Positions 38,266 through 52,260 are shown, counted from the whole stretch's first letter. The stretch: DNA of 59,302 nt, filler included, from Squatina squatina (GCA_031763465.1; 4 parts of 4 records of this genome joined end to end with filler, not necessarily neighbours in it), one strand, 5' to 3'. Notes: a model not told the origin generated them from the sequence alone. Made by a program: numbers and translations.

Positions 38266-40409
38266 CTGCAAGAGGAAAGGGAACCAGTGAAATTACTCCC
38301 ACTACAGCTCGGGGCACGGTTCTGCGTGTCCTGGGTATCGGAACCTGATTTTGTTTAGGTCACAAGCAGCAGACAAGCTGAATTTAAAAATCAGGTGGGC
38401 TGGTGCAGCAGACTGAAGTGCAGCAATACCTGTTTTCTGCCACNNNNNNNNNNNNNNNNNNNNNNNNNNNNNNNNNNNNNNNNNNNNNNNNNNNNNNNNN
38501 NNNNNNNNNNNNNNNNNNNNNNNNNNNNNNNNNNNNNNNNNNNAAGGCCTTCATAAGGCCTTATTATATGGAATGCATTGCCACACTGTCTACTAAGGCA
38601 GTGACTGCAATGCCATTTAAACGGGAAGTGAATCGATATAAAAGAATATGGGGAAAGGGAAGGAAAATGGAATTAGAGCAGATAGCTCCAGTTGTAGCGC
38701 TATCTCTGGCACAGGAGTAGTGGGTACTGCACGACCTCCTTCTCTGCTGTAATTTCTTTGATTCTTTACGAGGAGGAAGCAGCTCTGCAACTCAGCACTT
38801 ACATTTCCCTCCCCAAATATTGGCATTCGCAGTTAACGGAAATTATGCAGTGTGAATCTCCTTTGTCCTTTCTCTGTAATAAGATGCTATGCTACATGAC
38901 TTCTGTACAGAGAGAATATCAAAACAATAATTAGGTGAGATTTTTCTGTGTCAAGACTAAAGTACAATATGTTAATACACCTATCAAAGGCAAGTGAAGA
39001 TAAGAAACAGTGTGAACTTGTCATTTTGAATTCGAAGGCATCCACAGGAATCTATTTCAAAGTCATTTCTGCAGTAGCCTTGAGGTGCTGACTCTTCTGA
39101 TCAAAGGCCCCAACATTAAGCATCAAAACTCATCTGTCAACACATAAATCAGCAATTAAAACTCAAACTGGCAAATGTCAATGGTAACCCAAAGCAAAAT
39201 AGAGCTGAAAACAAGTCTAAACAAATCAAGTGATAACAGACATGTTGATGTGCACAAGAGATTAATTATGTGACAGTCCTTGATTGTATAATGCCTAAAC
39301 TATACGATTACATTTCGATGAAAAAAATGCTTTCCATGTAAATTTTTTTATTTTCAACCTATAACCCAATCAGCGTTGTCACCCGCTCCTACGTCCTTTC
39401 ACTCTTGCCATCTAACGGTACAGAGGAGCAAATTCCAGGGCTGAGATCCAACATACAGGTGACGATTGATATTCTCACAGTTTGACCAGCAACAGTGATA
39501 TAGCTGGGGGCTCAAGGTCCCCACAGACTTTCATCAAAACTCATCCAACCTCACTGGGAGAATTTCTCCAGTCTATGGACAAGTCACCTCAGGGAATACT
39601 ATGCAATAGCAGGAGACACTATTTCAAAGGAGATGAGATGCAGGAATAATGCACATGAGATATAAACCACCATGCAAACATANNNNNNNNNNNNNNNNNN
39701 NNNNNNNNNNNNNNNNNNNNNNNNNNNNNNNNNNNNNNNNNNNNNNNNNNNNNNNNNNNNNNNNNNNNNNNNNNNNNNNNNNAAGGAATTAAGACATAAT
39801 GATTAATAGCAGTTCTCGCACCCAAGTATTAGCAATTTGACTAACGGATGATAGATTCTGAAATGATTGCCACAAACAACATACTGTTAAATTAAAAGGT
39901 TCGTATTGTCCTGTTGAATCAATGGCCCCTTGAGGTTTCAGTAACCTATGCCTTTACACATTGATTTTCCTCATTCATCTGAAGAATTAACTAAACTCAA
40001 AATAGCTGCAATGACAAAGCATTCTTAAATGAAATGTGCAATGCATCAGCAGAACCAGAGGAGCTGTTATATAGTCTTGATGGACAGGTTATAGATAAAA
40101 TTAGCTTGTGCAAACAGAGGCCTTTCAAATATTGGTTACTTAAATGTGCTTGCATTCTTGGAGGTTTAGAAGAATCAATATTACATTAATTTCATTCCTG
40201 TTACAGGCTATAATATTCTTTTGCACTGTTTCACAATAAGGATATAACAAGTTGTGTTTTTTTTTATTTGCAGGGTCTAGTCTCTATTCTTCCTCTCTGT
40301 ATTAACCTTTCCATCAGCTGAGTAGTCAGTCAGATTTGTGCCTCTGACATTTATATTTCTTCACCCATATGGATTTCCCTTTTGGTTTTCCCTCCCTCTC
40401 TCCCTCAGA

Positions 40410-40635
40410 GAACCAAGTGCCATTAACCCATCGCCCCTGTGTCCGCAGACCTACATTGGCTCCCAGTCTGTCAACATCTCGATTTTTAAATTCTCATTTT
40501 TGTTTTCAAATCCCTTCATGGCCTCACCCCTCTCATTCTCCATAACTTGCTGCAACCCTACAAACCCCTGGGATCTCTGCGTTCCTCCAATTCTGGTTTT
40601 CTGCATCCCTGATTTCCTTTGTCCCAACATTGGTG
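40410..40635 (+). mobile_element. L2 LINE 3' region fragment
   Basis: Degenerate DLHWLPV...DFKILI-type motif of the L2 ORF2 C-terminus. Confidence 0.6.
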
Positions 40636-40735
40636 NNNNNNNNNNNNNNNNNNNNNNNNNNNNNNNNNNNNNNNNNNNNNNNNNNNNNNNNNNNNNNNNN
40701 NNNNNNNNNNNNNNNNNNNNNNNNNNNNNNNNNNN

Positions 40736-41579
40736 TTCTCACACAAAGCTCCTCAGATAAGTTGAGGTAACTGAACTGCTCTCGGAAGACCCTGCGTGGG
40801 TAAGGCCTCCTGTGAACATTGGCACGGGCCCTTCCTCTCCTTCCCCCTGTTGCTGGTCCGGTGCTGGTGGCACGGCTTGTGGGTGGGGCTGCCTGCCCCT
40901 TGCTCTGTTGGCTGGCCTCTGCCTACACCTATCTGCTGGCACCTCTGCAGGCTGTGGCTGTTGGATTGGTCGCACGAAGGCTGCTTCAACTTCCCGCCCC
41001 CTTTGGCTATCTCCCTGCTGAAGCCTTGCCCTCTGCAGTTGTCTCTGCTTCTCCTTCTGATGAGGTAATCCCTCAGATACAGCAGAAGTAAACTGTCCAC
41101 TGCAAAAAAATTGTGATGTTCACATGACCTTGCAAAGTGACTTTTGCCTTAAGGTTTAATTGCCTTTGAAACCTCGCACACTAAAAATGATCTGTTGTTT
41201 GCGCTGCACCAGCAGGAGCCGAGACACACACTCCTCCAACAACTCGCCGTGCTCTGTATGGATCTGGCTTTTTAAAGTTGTAAAAAAATGGCTTCACATC
41301 AGGGGCCGCCCAAGCTGTCGCTGTTTACCCAAGACCCAAATATTCTGCTGGGTCACTCAGGGGGTGGTGCACAAGGTGATGATATCATGATCACTGCGCG
41401 CCGCGGAGAATGGCGTCGCACCAGCCCGCGGAGGCATCTCCTGTGGACGCCTTCAAAAAACAGGCCCCGAATTTCCAGCACGGCGTCAGACCGCCAACAA
41501 CGCCAAAAAAGCTGTTTGCGCCACTAATGCCTACACCTGCCAATTATAGAAGCGCCTAAAGGCACCCAATTTAAGCCCC
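40736..41579 (-). mobile_element. PIF/Harbinger DNA transposon 5' end with transposase N-terminal fragment
   Basis: Minus strand begins GGGGCTTAAATTGGG at 41579; 40811-40737 reads RRPYPRRVFREQFSYLNLSEELCVR, resembling Harbinger/HARBI1-like transposase N-termini; truncated by a gap. Confidence 0.65.
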
Positions 41580-42600
41580 GAGGAAGGGAAAAGGGGAGGT
41601 GGAGTCGCTGTACTTATTAGGGATAACATAATAACAGTAGAAAAAAGCAGCACAGCTATCAGAAGACAAAAACAGAATCCATGTGGACAGGGATAAAAGA
41701 TAATAAAGGATCAATCACACTCATAAGTGTAGTCTACAGACCACCTAATAGTGGAAGGGAGGTGGAGGAAGAAATATGCAGTCAAATTAGGGGAATGAGT
41801 TAAAAACATAGAATAATAATCATGGGGGATTTCAACTACCCCAATATTAATTAGACAGAAGAGGTAGGTAAAGGGAATGGAGATCCTACAAGGTGTACAG
41901 GACTCCTTTCTAACCTAATATGTAAAAATCCCAACAAAGGAGGATTCTAGTAATGGGGAATGAACCAGAGCAGATAAGAGAAGTAAAAGTCGGAGAACAT
42001 CTAGGNNNNNNNNNNTGCAATATATTTGCTTCGTGGGTTCTTTGATTAAGAATTCAGAGCTGCATATTGTTGGAAAGAACTAGTTGGTTTATTAGCAAAG
42101 GTTTAACGAACAAACTAAACACTCCCAGTTCATGCACACAACTGCAGGCCTCTTTGTAGAGAAACTGAACTGAATTGACTGGGGTTTTATTGAATCCTGT
42201 GAACATCATGTAACTGACTAAGCCATTCACAATGCAACAGCTCCCCCAGCCCTCTGAGCATGAACAAAGGCTCATACATTACAAGGCTTTAAGATGATAA
42301 TTGAGGAGGACATAAGTATGCCGAAAACCAGGGTAATAGATTGGAGAAAAGCTGATTTTGAGGGGCTGAGAATAGATCTTGGGAAAATAAAATGGGCAAC
42401 AGTATTGGCAAAAAGCAATGTCGAACAGCAATGGGAATCATTTAAAACGGTGTTTAACAGAGCGCAGGAACAATATATTCTGCAAAAAGGAAAGAACAAT
42501 CTAAACACGAATGAGAATCCATGGATGAATAAAGCTGTAAGGGAATAATTGAAGAGGCATACATTAAGTACATAGACAGCAGATAAGAAAGAATGCGAGA
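41580..42600 (+). mobile_element. Degraded CR1 ORF2 endonuclease region, interrupted by an insertion
   Basis: GKRGGGVAVLIRDNI, VVYRPPNSG and IIIMGDFNYPNI; resumes after 42283 with IDWRKADFEGLR...WESFK. Confidence 0.85.
42016..42283 (-). mobile_element. Probable solo LTR (268 bp)
   Basis: Minus strand runs TGTAATG...ATATTGCA (TG..CA ends with an imperfect 6-bp inverted repeat), contains AATAAA, and interrupts collinear CR1 sequence. One flank is hidden by a 10-N gap. Confidence 0.55.
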
Positions 42601-42604
42601 AGAT

Positions 42605-42940
42605 TCGGACCATCCAATTGGTCTGTTTTAGCGCTGTGGTGGCGCCAAAAAGTGGTGCTACCCGGGCGGAAAAGCAGCGTTAGGTGAAATTTTTTTTTGT
42701 TGAGAACTGGTGATCGTGTCCCCGTGGTGCAAAGGGCTCTACGCCGGGAACGCTATGGGCGCCGTGGGTTGCTGCATGACGTCATCATGTCGATAGCACC
42801 ACCCCGCGACCTCCTTTTGCGTCACTGGCGAGCCGCGGCTGGAATTGGTCCGAGGCTCACCAGCAAGGCCTGCGCCGTTGGCAACGACAATTAAAGGGAA
42901 GGTGCTAATGCCATCGGCCGCCATTTTTTTAACATCGGCC
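42605..42940. mobile_element. GC-rich MITE-like fragment resembling 6294-7088 and 41300-41579
   Basis: CpG-rich block with gcgcc, tgacgtca and ggccgccat motifs like the other copies, sitting between two CR1 pieces. Confidence 0.45.
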
Positions 42941-44164
42941 GACTTCACATTTCTCCACATTATGTTCCATTTGCCATGTTCTTGCCCACTCACTTATGTC
43001 CCTTTGAAGCCCCTTTGCATCCTCCTCACAACTTCCACCTTGCTTTGTATCATCAGCAAACTTGGAAATATTACATTTGATCCCCACCTTCAAATCATTG
43101 AAATAGATTGTGAATAGCTGAGGCCCAAGCACTGACCCTTGTGCTACCTCAGTACTTACAGTCAACCAACCCAAAAATGACCTGTTTATCCCTACTCTCT
43201 ATTTTCTGTCCGTTAACCAATCCTCAATCCATGGTAATATATTACCCCCAATCCCATGAGCCCTAATTGTGTTTAATAACCTCTTGTGTGGCACCTTATT
43301 GAATACTTTCTGAGAATCCAAATACACCACATCCACTAGTTCCCCCTTATTTAATCTGCTAGTTACAACCTCAAAGAACTCTTAATAGATTTGTCAAACA
43401 TGATTTCCCTTTCATAAATCCCGTTGACTCTTCCCAATCCTATTTTTATTTTCTAAGTGCCCTGTTACCACGTCCTTAATAATAGATTCTAGCATTACCA
43501 CTGATATCAGGCTAACTGGTCTGTAGTTCCCCATTTTCTCTCTCCCTCCTTTCTTAAATAGCCGGGTTATATTTGCTACCTTCCAATCCATGGGAACCTT
43601 TCCAGAATCTATGGAATTTTGGAAGATGACAACCAATGCATCCACTATCTCTGTAGCCACCTCTTTCGAAACCCTAGGATGTAGGCCATCAGGTCCAGGG
43701 GATTTATCGATATTCAGTCCCATTAATTTCTCCAGTACTATTTCTTTACTAATACTAATTTCCTTCAGTTCCTCATTCTCGCCAGACCCTTGGTTCTCCA
43801 ATATTGTCGGGAGGTTTTTTGCGTCTTCTTCCGTGAAGACAGACACAAAGTATTTGAGTATTTTCTCTGCTATTTCCTTATTCCCCATTATAATTTCTGC
43901 TGTCAGAGCCTGTAAGGGACCCACATTTACTTTCGCTAATCTTTTCCTTTTTACATACCTATGGAAGCTTTTACAGTCTGTTTTTATGTCTCTCACAAGT
44001 TTAATCTATTCTATTTTCCCTTTCTTTATCAATTTCTTGGTCCTACTTTGCTGAATTCTAAAATCCTCCCAATCTTCAGGCTTACTGCTCTTATTGGCAA
44101 CATTATAAGCCTTTTCCTTTGATCTAATACTATCTTTAACTTCTCTTGTTAGCCACAGTTGGAC
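42941..44164 (-). mobile_element. CR1 LINE ORF2 fragment
   Basis: 194-aa ORF with DKSPGPDGLHPRV..., NYRPVSL; further QGSVLGPQLF...ISKFADDTK (RT catalytic region). Confidence 0.92.
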
Positions 44165-44264
44165 NNNNNNNNNNNNNNNNNNNNNNNNNNNNNNNNNNNN
44201 NNNNNNNNTTAATTAATTAANNNNNNNNNNNNNNNNNNNNNNNNNNNNNNNNNNNNNNNNNNNN
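44165..44264. other. Artificial scaffold linker (44N-TTAATTAATTAA-44N)
   Basis: The 12-mer is at 44209-44220. Confidence 0.97.
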
Positions 44265-46939
44265 GCCGCAATATCAGTGCTCGGTTTCTGATTACTGTCA
44301 GAGCCAATTCAGTAAAGTAAAACCAATTCTACTTAAATTGAGTGAACCCTATTCTAATCTGCAGAGAATTATTTAAAAGAAAAACAGAAAAAGAATTATA
44401 CACTTTTAACCAAACTGTATGCATCTGAGGGGGTCTTTTGATGTAATTGTAGTACTATAACTCTTCCCCAAATTGTACATCTGCTAGTATTTCCTTTGAT
44501 TACTTTAGGGTGCCAAATAACCAAGTTCTTTCTATCGGAAAATCAATTAATTATACGTTACGTTATTTCAGTTAGCTTAATCAGGAAGAGTTAAAACCAT
44601 TTACAGGCTTTTGTTCAGCAATCAATTCAAGATTCTACTATAAGCAAATCATCACCAAGTTCAATTCGTTTCTGACTCTGGGATCATTTCCTTAACCTTT
44701 TTGGGAAAATTTTCTTCAATTGTTTTTGCTCTGTGGGAAGTTTGCTGAAATCCGTTAAAATGCTATTCACAGTGATATCGCAATCGCAACAGGGGAGGTA
44801 ATGCCTACATAAAATACTCAAGGACATTAATGTGTCAAAGGCTTGTTGACAGAGTTACTCTTGTACATCAAAGCAAAACCATTCCCCATTATTTACGAGG
44901 AACCGCTGGAAGAGCAATTTACTGTCTCTATCTCTATCTCATAGTCCTGTGTAATCAGGAGTCTGAAACTGACACAAAACACAGGGAAATAGCTGCTCTT
45001 GAGTGTACCCGCCTCAGAACACAGTAATTTGTGGGAATGTGTATGNNNNNNNNNNNNNNNNNNNNNNNNNNNNNNNNNNNNNNNNNNNNNNNNNNNNNNN
45101 NNNNNNNNNNNNNNNNNNNNNNNNNNNNNNNNNNNNNNNNNNNNNGTCTTCATTATCATTTCCACCCACCCATTAGAGTACACAAATGGACCTTGTTGCT
45201 CATTGAGTCAGAGAATATGCTGTTGTATTTTGTGCAACGTACAATATATTATCAGGGTTACTGATTTACATTGATTTATTACAGAGTATTGTGGAAGAGT
45301 TTGTGGTATGTATGGATTGAAACTTGATATTTGCATATTTATAGAAATAAAGAACAAACTTGCATTTGTATAGTGCCTTTCACAAGCTCAGAACATCCCA
45401 AAGCACTTTACAGCCAATACTTGTGAAATGTAGTTAAATGAAGGGATCTCCTAAGCCCATGAACTTTACTAGGGGCTAGCAGCGGAGGTCTGAAGTTTAC
45501 GCAGAAATGCACTGTTATGCACATTTCTGGGGCCTCTCCTCTGGAATCCATTGTATAATTTGCATAGCCTGCTATTTTCACTTCAATTACTTCCAACCTT
45601 GCTTGTTATTTTCTGTATGTTTCTTCCAGACATTTCTAATTGCTGCTTTCATATCCATATATGTCCTGGTGCGGTTGCATGGCTTCTATTGGTACTATTA
45701 ATTAAAGCCATTTGACCTCCTCTGGGCACCCAGCAGTATCTCCAAGTTCCCGAGACGTTATTCACTATCAGAAACAGATTGCCTCATTTGGTCCCGCTTT
45801 ACATATTTGGGGCTGTCCTCCCCCACCATAAATCCTTTCCATTCCATTATGTAGTTTCTAACCATGGCTTCATTTTTTTCCTTCAGCTGTCATTCAGCGA
45901 TTTTATTAACTATTTTTGTGTAAAGGGGAATGTTGACTCCTTTAATGCTTAGAAAATCAAAGCAAAGTTTTGACTTTGTACCTGTAAGTTAATCTATACA
46001 AACTTACCACATGAACATCCAAGATACCATAGTGTGCATTTAACATTTACATACAACTAACTACAGCATTCACTTTAAAATCAGTGAAATTATAAGAATA
46101 TACTTGCCAGACAGGAGTGCAACAAAGGTTCACCAGGCTGATTTTCTGCAGCTTTTCACACCTTCCTTTGACTTGCATTTTGGCTTCCATTTTGGCTTTG
46201 TTTGTAAATGTGCTCTTATCCTCCTCATTCTTGCTGGACGCTTCTTATGGATTTCAAGGGAAGGGATACATAAAACAGATATACAATACAGACAAGCATT
46301 GAAAGCTATTCTACAAAAAAATACTGTCAAAGTTAATAACAAATGCTTCACTCTTCAATTCCCTCTGCACTACTGTACCTTGATATCTTAAGCCATTGCA
46401 CTTCATTATGTTTAATGTCCTAAATAAGCCAATGAAAGTATATTCTTGACAGAATCTCTACAATCATTGCTACTCTTCAATGGCCTTCACAAGACTGATT
46501 TACTTTTCAACAAACTATAAGAAATGTATTTCTGCTTATCAGAACAAGTCAAGCTGTATGCCTTTCTAAAACTCCCATAAATTACAAGGAACTGGCACTG
46601 TTCAGTATTATTCCAATGCTGACGATCATTCTGAGAAATAGCTGCTATCATTAACCATTATAAATTCAAGTATGATTTTGATGAAAGCTTTAAAGCACAT
46701 CAGATGATTTATTTTATTACTGCAACAGATGGATATTCTCTTGCCACCAATATGCCCTTGTTAAAACCATTTAATGTCATTGTACAATCTGCCAAGAAAG
46801 TAAAAATGCAGCAGTGTTCCAAATGTAAGTTTATGTTCANNNNNNNNNNNNNNNNNNNNNNNNNNNNNNNNNNNNNNNNNNNNNNNNNNNNNNNNNNNNN
46901 NNNNNNNNNNNNNNNNNNNNNNNNNNNNNNNNNNNNNNN

Positions 46940-47446
46940 TGCTAAATTGGTAATTTGGAGAGAGTGGGCATTTGGAGCAGAGGGGGAAGGAGGGGAGAGC
47001 GAGAGGAACGGCCAGAGAGAAAGATAGGCCCGAAAGCCTGGAGGGAGTGAGAGCATCAGGGAGCGAGGTAAGGGACATCAGCACAAGGGAAGGAGCTGAA
47101 AAGAAAAAAAACAAATTGGTGAGTAGCTGGAGATTGTTCTTTTTTAAGTCTTGAGTTTTTTTCTGTCAAGTTAGTTAATAATCTATTAAGTAGAGGCATG
47201 GCAGGGCACCTCAGTCCCATGGAATACATATCTTGTGCCATGTGGGAACTCCAGGAAATGTCCAGTGTCCTGGACAACCACATGTGTAGGAAGGGTCATC
47301 ACCTGGAGGAGCTCAAGCTCCAGTTTTCGGAGCTTGAGCAGCAGCTAGTGTCACTGCGATGCATCCGTGAGGCTGAGAGCTACGTGGATAGCATGTTTCA
47401 GGAGGTGATCACCCTGCAGAGTAAGGTTGTGCAGGCAGAGAGGAAA
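46940..47446 (+). mobile_element. CR1 LINE 5'UTR and ORF1 N-terminus
   Basis: From 47198, MAGHLSPMEYISCAMWE...HMCRKGHHLEELKLQFSELEQQLVSLRCIREAESYVDSMF: a degenerate Zn-finger plus leucine zipper typical of CR1 ORF1. Confidence 0.7.
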
Positions 47447-48524
47447 NNNNNNNNNNNNNNNNNNNNNNNNNNNNNNNNNNNNNNNNNNNNNNNNNNNNNN
47501 NNNNNNNNNNNNNNNNNNNNNNNNNNNNNNNNNNNNNNNNNNNNNNAATTCACTGATAGGGAGGAGAGAAAAATCAGGTGGCAGCTCATCTTGTCCTGCT
47601 CCCAGCAGCCAATTACAGAGCAGAACTGGCAGTTTCCTAGCGACAAGTCACTGACCACCCGGGAAATTATGCAAAGAAAAATACAAAACTAAGGAAATGT
47701 TCGGTACGTTTTGCTTATTACCAATCATCAATAAGGTTTTGATAAAATCTAAACATTTCATATTTTCAGGTTGAGTACACTTTCTAACCACAATTTCATC
47801 TGAATGATAACATTCTTGTAAACTCTCTGTTTAGATTGTTCTCCTCTATAATTGTGCATATGCAGTGTGCCATTGTGTTAAAATGAAAATATTAAAAATG
47901 AGTACGTTCTCATACAAACTTAAAGTGTATTATTTCTTGAAAAGCTGTAGTAAAAACTACATGAAGCAAAATGATATAAAACGAGCCTAGATATTTGATT
48001 CAAAGCTCAAAATACCTACCAATTACTTCAAAGCACCTAACGAAGTTAATGTAACCAAATGATTCTCCCAAGATCAGCCTCATGTATCCTACTGGAATAA
48101 CACATAACCCTGGATCTAACACTGGGCAAAATCCAATATTCCAATCTTCAGTGCAAGGTTGCAGCTCAGGCTCATTAATCATGACATATCACAGGCCGTT
48201 GCAAGGTTTCTCAAATAGCTTTCAAATGTGTAGAAGCTTTTATAATTAGGATGGAAAGACATTTTTCTGGGTAGAAACAAGGTAGGCTGCCAAGCACAGT
48301 TTCTTGGGTGTCTTTCAACATTATATTGCAACCAGATGCAAGCACAGCTTAATGAACTGTATTTATAATTATGTTACATAATGATTATTTTTTATAAATT
48401 AAAACTAATTATGAGGGATAACAAAAGGGCCCCAAACCTACACCCCGCCCCCACTCCCCACCCCACCAATTTGAGCAGTGCCAAATCTATATGTTTCGCT
48501 AGCTAGTCGATTAGTATGAAGGAA

Positions 48525-48627
48525 CTAGGTGATTGTATCAAACCTATAAAATTCTAAAAGGACTAGACAGACTAGATGCAGGGAGGATGTTCCCGATGGC
48601 TGGGGAGTCCAGAGCCAGGGGTCTCCT
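48525..48627 (+). mobile_element. CR1 ORF2 C-terminal fragment
   Basis: TYKILKGLDRLDAGRMFPMAGESRARG. Confidence 0.75.
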
Positions 48628-51600
48628 NNNNNNNNNNNNNNNNNNNNNNNNNNNNNNNNNNNNNNNNNNNNNNNNNNNNNNNNNNNNNNNNNNNNNNNNN
48701 NNNNNNNNNNNNNNNNNNNNNNNNNNNTGCCATGGAAACACTGCTTTCATTTTGCCTGTATTCCTCATTCTCCATTTCTGTCACGGATAAAAATTTGTAT
48801 TCTAATATTGAATGAATTTGTCAGATCCATTGGACACAGTAAAGGGGAGGCTAGTGTTGGATTTTATTATGTAGTGGCAATATAAGTCGTAATTATGAAT
48901 AGCATAGCCAGAAATAGAATTGGACTGATCTCTAAAGGCTTCAGAAAATTAAATTATTGTGAGAAACAGCAGCATAAGCAGCATTTATATGGAGACTTTG
49001 CAGAAGTGACTCCTTGCCCAAGCAAAGCTTTCCCAGTGCTGCTGATTGTTCCTATTTTCTTGTGAATACTACACAGAGAATAAACATTGATTGGGAATAT
49101 TGTACATGACAGCAACAATCTTGACTAATTTTGGAGGACAACCCCATGGGAGAAAATCTGAGCAATTTACAAATGCCATTCGGACATCAAGGTTGCTTTG
49201 AATATAGCACTCAGAATAATCAGACAGTTGCCATTGGAGTTTACATGCCAAAGTTTGCTCATTCATTGCTACAGTTAATCACAAGCCATCATAAACATAT
49301 AGAAGACATATGTCAGGAGGACCTTATTACAAAAGTCTGAAGTTAGACTGAGGTTAGGTGAGAAAAGCAAGGATTTTACCGAGAAATTATTCACTTTTCT
49401 TTGAAGTGTTGCGATTTTAGATTTTCCATCACCTCCAGAGACTAGTCTAGTTCCATCAGCGGCTGCATTATTCATAATCATTTAGAATTTCTTCAGCCTC
49501 AGTTCTTGTTTGGCTATTTAAAGAGTTATAGTTCACACTGTGGTTTATGTTGATAAACTAAGGTGAAAGGCCATGGTTGAAAAATGACAAGGTAAATCAG
49601 GAAATAATGTTTAGTTTACGTTTAGCCTGGGCATAAAATCCCAGAACAGTGAGAAAAACTGAATGAAAAACCGAGGAATCAAAAGTGGGAGCATCGTTCT
49701 TACACGAGTGAGTGAGAAGGGGTAACTTTAAATGAACCCGCCTGAGGAGAAACTGACAGGGTTGGATTGGACACCCGTTTTACGCCGTGTCCGGTTTTGC
49801 TTTCCATTGCCTATCGGCCGATCCGATATCACCCATTCTGTACCCTTGCCGAAGTTGAATTTGATCCCCCCTGTCCCTTTTCCAGGTTTGCAGGAGTTAG
49901 TGCCCTATGTCCAGCTCACAGGTGTCAGATAAGGCATTCCCGGTNNNNNNNNNNNNNNNNNNNNNNNNNNNNNNNNNNNNNNNNNNNNNNNNNNNNNNNN
50001 NNNNNNNNNNNNNNNNNNNNNNNNNNNNNNNNNNNNNNNNNNNNTGCACACTTCATTTACTAAAATTTAAAATTACTTCTCCTATTCATAATGTGATCAA
50101 CTTGTCTTGCTGTAATATAAAAATTGGCTTGCAATGCAAGTTATAAAATGTGCATTTATCTGATTTCCTAAAAATCTAATTAAAAAGTTGAGTGGGCCAA
50201 ATGTGATTGCTCGTGTAAATGAATAAACACCGTCTCTGTAACACATTGAAGAGCTTAATCAAATGTAACTCAGAATGATGTTCCAGCTCTAATTCCATGT
50301 AGATCCCCTAGATGGTGATATAAATCAAGTCAAGTTGATTATTCTAACCAGAATTGCAAAATTCAAAACAAATTTCACTTGCCCATGCATTATTAATTAA
50401 ACAAAATATGAATCTAGAAAATAAAGCAAGGAATCTGTATCAGAGAAATTCAAAAACTGGGTATGTGTGTGTGCAGATATGATAAATCATAGACAGCTAG
50501 AAGTAATATAATTCAGCGTTTCACATCACACCAAAAACTAAAACAGCAAAGCTTGAATGGTTTATAACTCGTTCAAAACCGGAGATTAGATTTCAGCCTA
50601 GAAATCGCTCCTATTACATCTAGTGCTATTTACACTGCTATTTTTTTCTTCAGTTTTTTTTTTGCATCATNNNNNNNNNNNNNNNNNNNNNNNNNNNNNN
50701 NNNNNNNNNNNNNNNNNNNNNNNNNNNNNNNNNNNNNNNNNNNNNNNNNNNNNNNNNNNNNNNNNNNNNNCTGATGCAGAATTTATTTCAGTTCCCATGA
50801 CAACCATAGAATGTGCATCAAGGTCAGTCAGTCAATGGTCGTAGCCTATAGCTGTGCAGTTGCTACCCTTATTACATGATTGTACATGAACAAGAGATCT
50901 AGCTAAGATTTTTTTTTTGCTTTGGAGTCTCATTACTTTCATTACCTAATCTTTGTTTCAGCACACAACAATGCTTCCTTTATCAGGGCAAGAACAGATG
51001 TTATACATTTATCTTACTGCAACTAGCATATAAATAAATGCTTGCTACATAAATTCAACTGCTGCACTTTCCAGAATCCAAGCTGAATATATATGGGTAA
51101 CAAAATGGGCAATATCAAGCAGATGTCAGGTGTGGTAAATCATAACCAAATCAATGTTTTCTGGCTAGTCATCCATTTACTCTATAACTAGCTATATCAT
51201 GCACACGACACTGCAAACAAGGCGGTGCATTCCTCCATTTCACAATTTGTGTGCATTCTGCTGATGGGACCTCGTCATTGCAGCAGGCTCCACATTACAA
51301 ACCAAATTAAATAATCACCAAAATTAATAAGTACAACTATGATTTAGTTTCAGCCTCGGGCTTTATATGATTTCAGTGAGCTTTTGGTGCTTTTTGTACC
51401 TTCACAGGCAGCTTGCCCATTTTAAAAATATGGAAAACTAGCTGTATATATTTGTATAATTCTGCTGGATTACACTCAGTGGTGGAGGTGTTGGGCCAGT
51501 TGAATAATTGAGTGGTAGCTGGCATGTGAATTTAGCAGAGGTTAAAGGCAGTCCTTACTCTTGAAGTGTTTACACATAAAGGGTGATAAAACAAAGCTCT

Positions 51601-51984
51601 TTCTTCCATTGGCTCCCAAATTCAGAAGCTTCATTGTAACCCAGTGAATATTTTGGAACGTGTTTCCTCAAGTGTTTGCCTGTAAAATATAATCTTTTAA
51701 AGCAATTATTTAGAAGTTATGATTTTTTTCACCACCTTCCCATCGTGGCTGGCCTCTTAAATGGTGCTTCCCTGTTTACAAAGCTTGAGAATAGGATTAC
51801 CACCTTTCGCCAAATCCAAAAACATGGAAGGGGCAGGATAGGATCAGATTTTGAAATCCGAGGTTGGTTTTCTGCTGTTGAAAATTCATTAAAAAAAAAC
51901 CTCATTGTCTCCACATGCGCAGACACAGATTCAGATTGGCTGAATAGCCTACACACCAACCTCTGTTCTGCAAGTATTTTTTTT

Positions 51985-52260
51985 TTCATTATTCACTCCA
52001 GGATGTGAGCATCACTGGCAAGGCCAGCATTTATTGCCCATCCCTAATTGCCCTTTAGAAGCTGGTGGTGAACCGCCTTCTTGAACCGCTGCAGTCAGTG
52101 TCGTGAAGATGCTCCCACAATGCTGTTAGGGAGGGACTTTGACCCAGTGACAATCAAGGAACGGCGCTTTATTTCCAAGTCGGGATGATGTGTGATTTTT
52201 GGCGGACCTTGCAGGTGATGGTGCTCCAATGCACCTTCTAAGTGGTAGAGGTGTGAGCCA
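51985..52260 (-). mobile_element. LINE 3' end (L2/Crack-like shark repeat)
   Basis: Minus strand QRFKKAVHHQLLKGN-type C-terminal motif followed by gggatgggcaataaatgctggcc and an A-rich tail. Confidence 0.55.
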
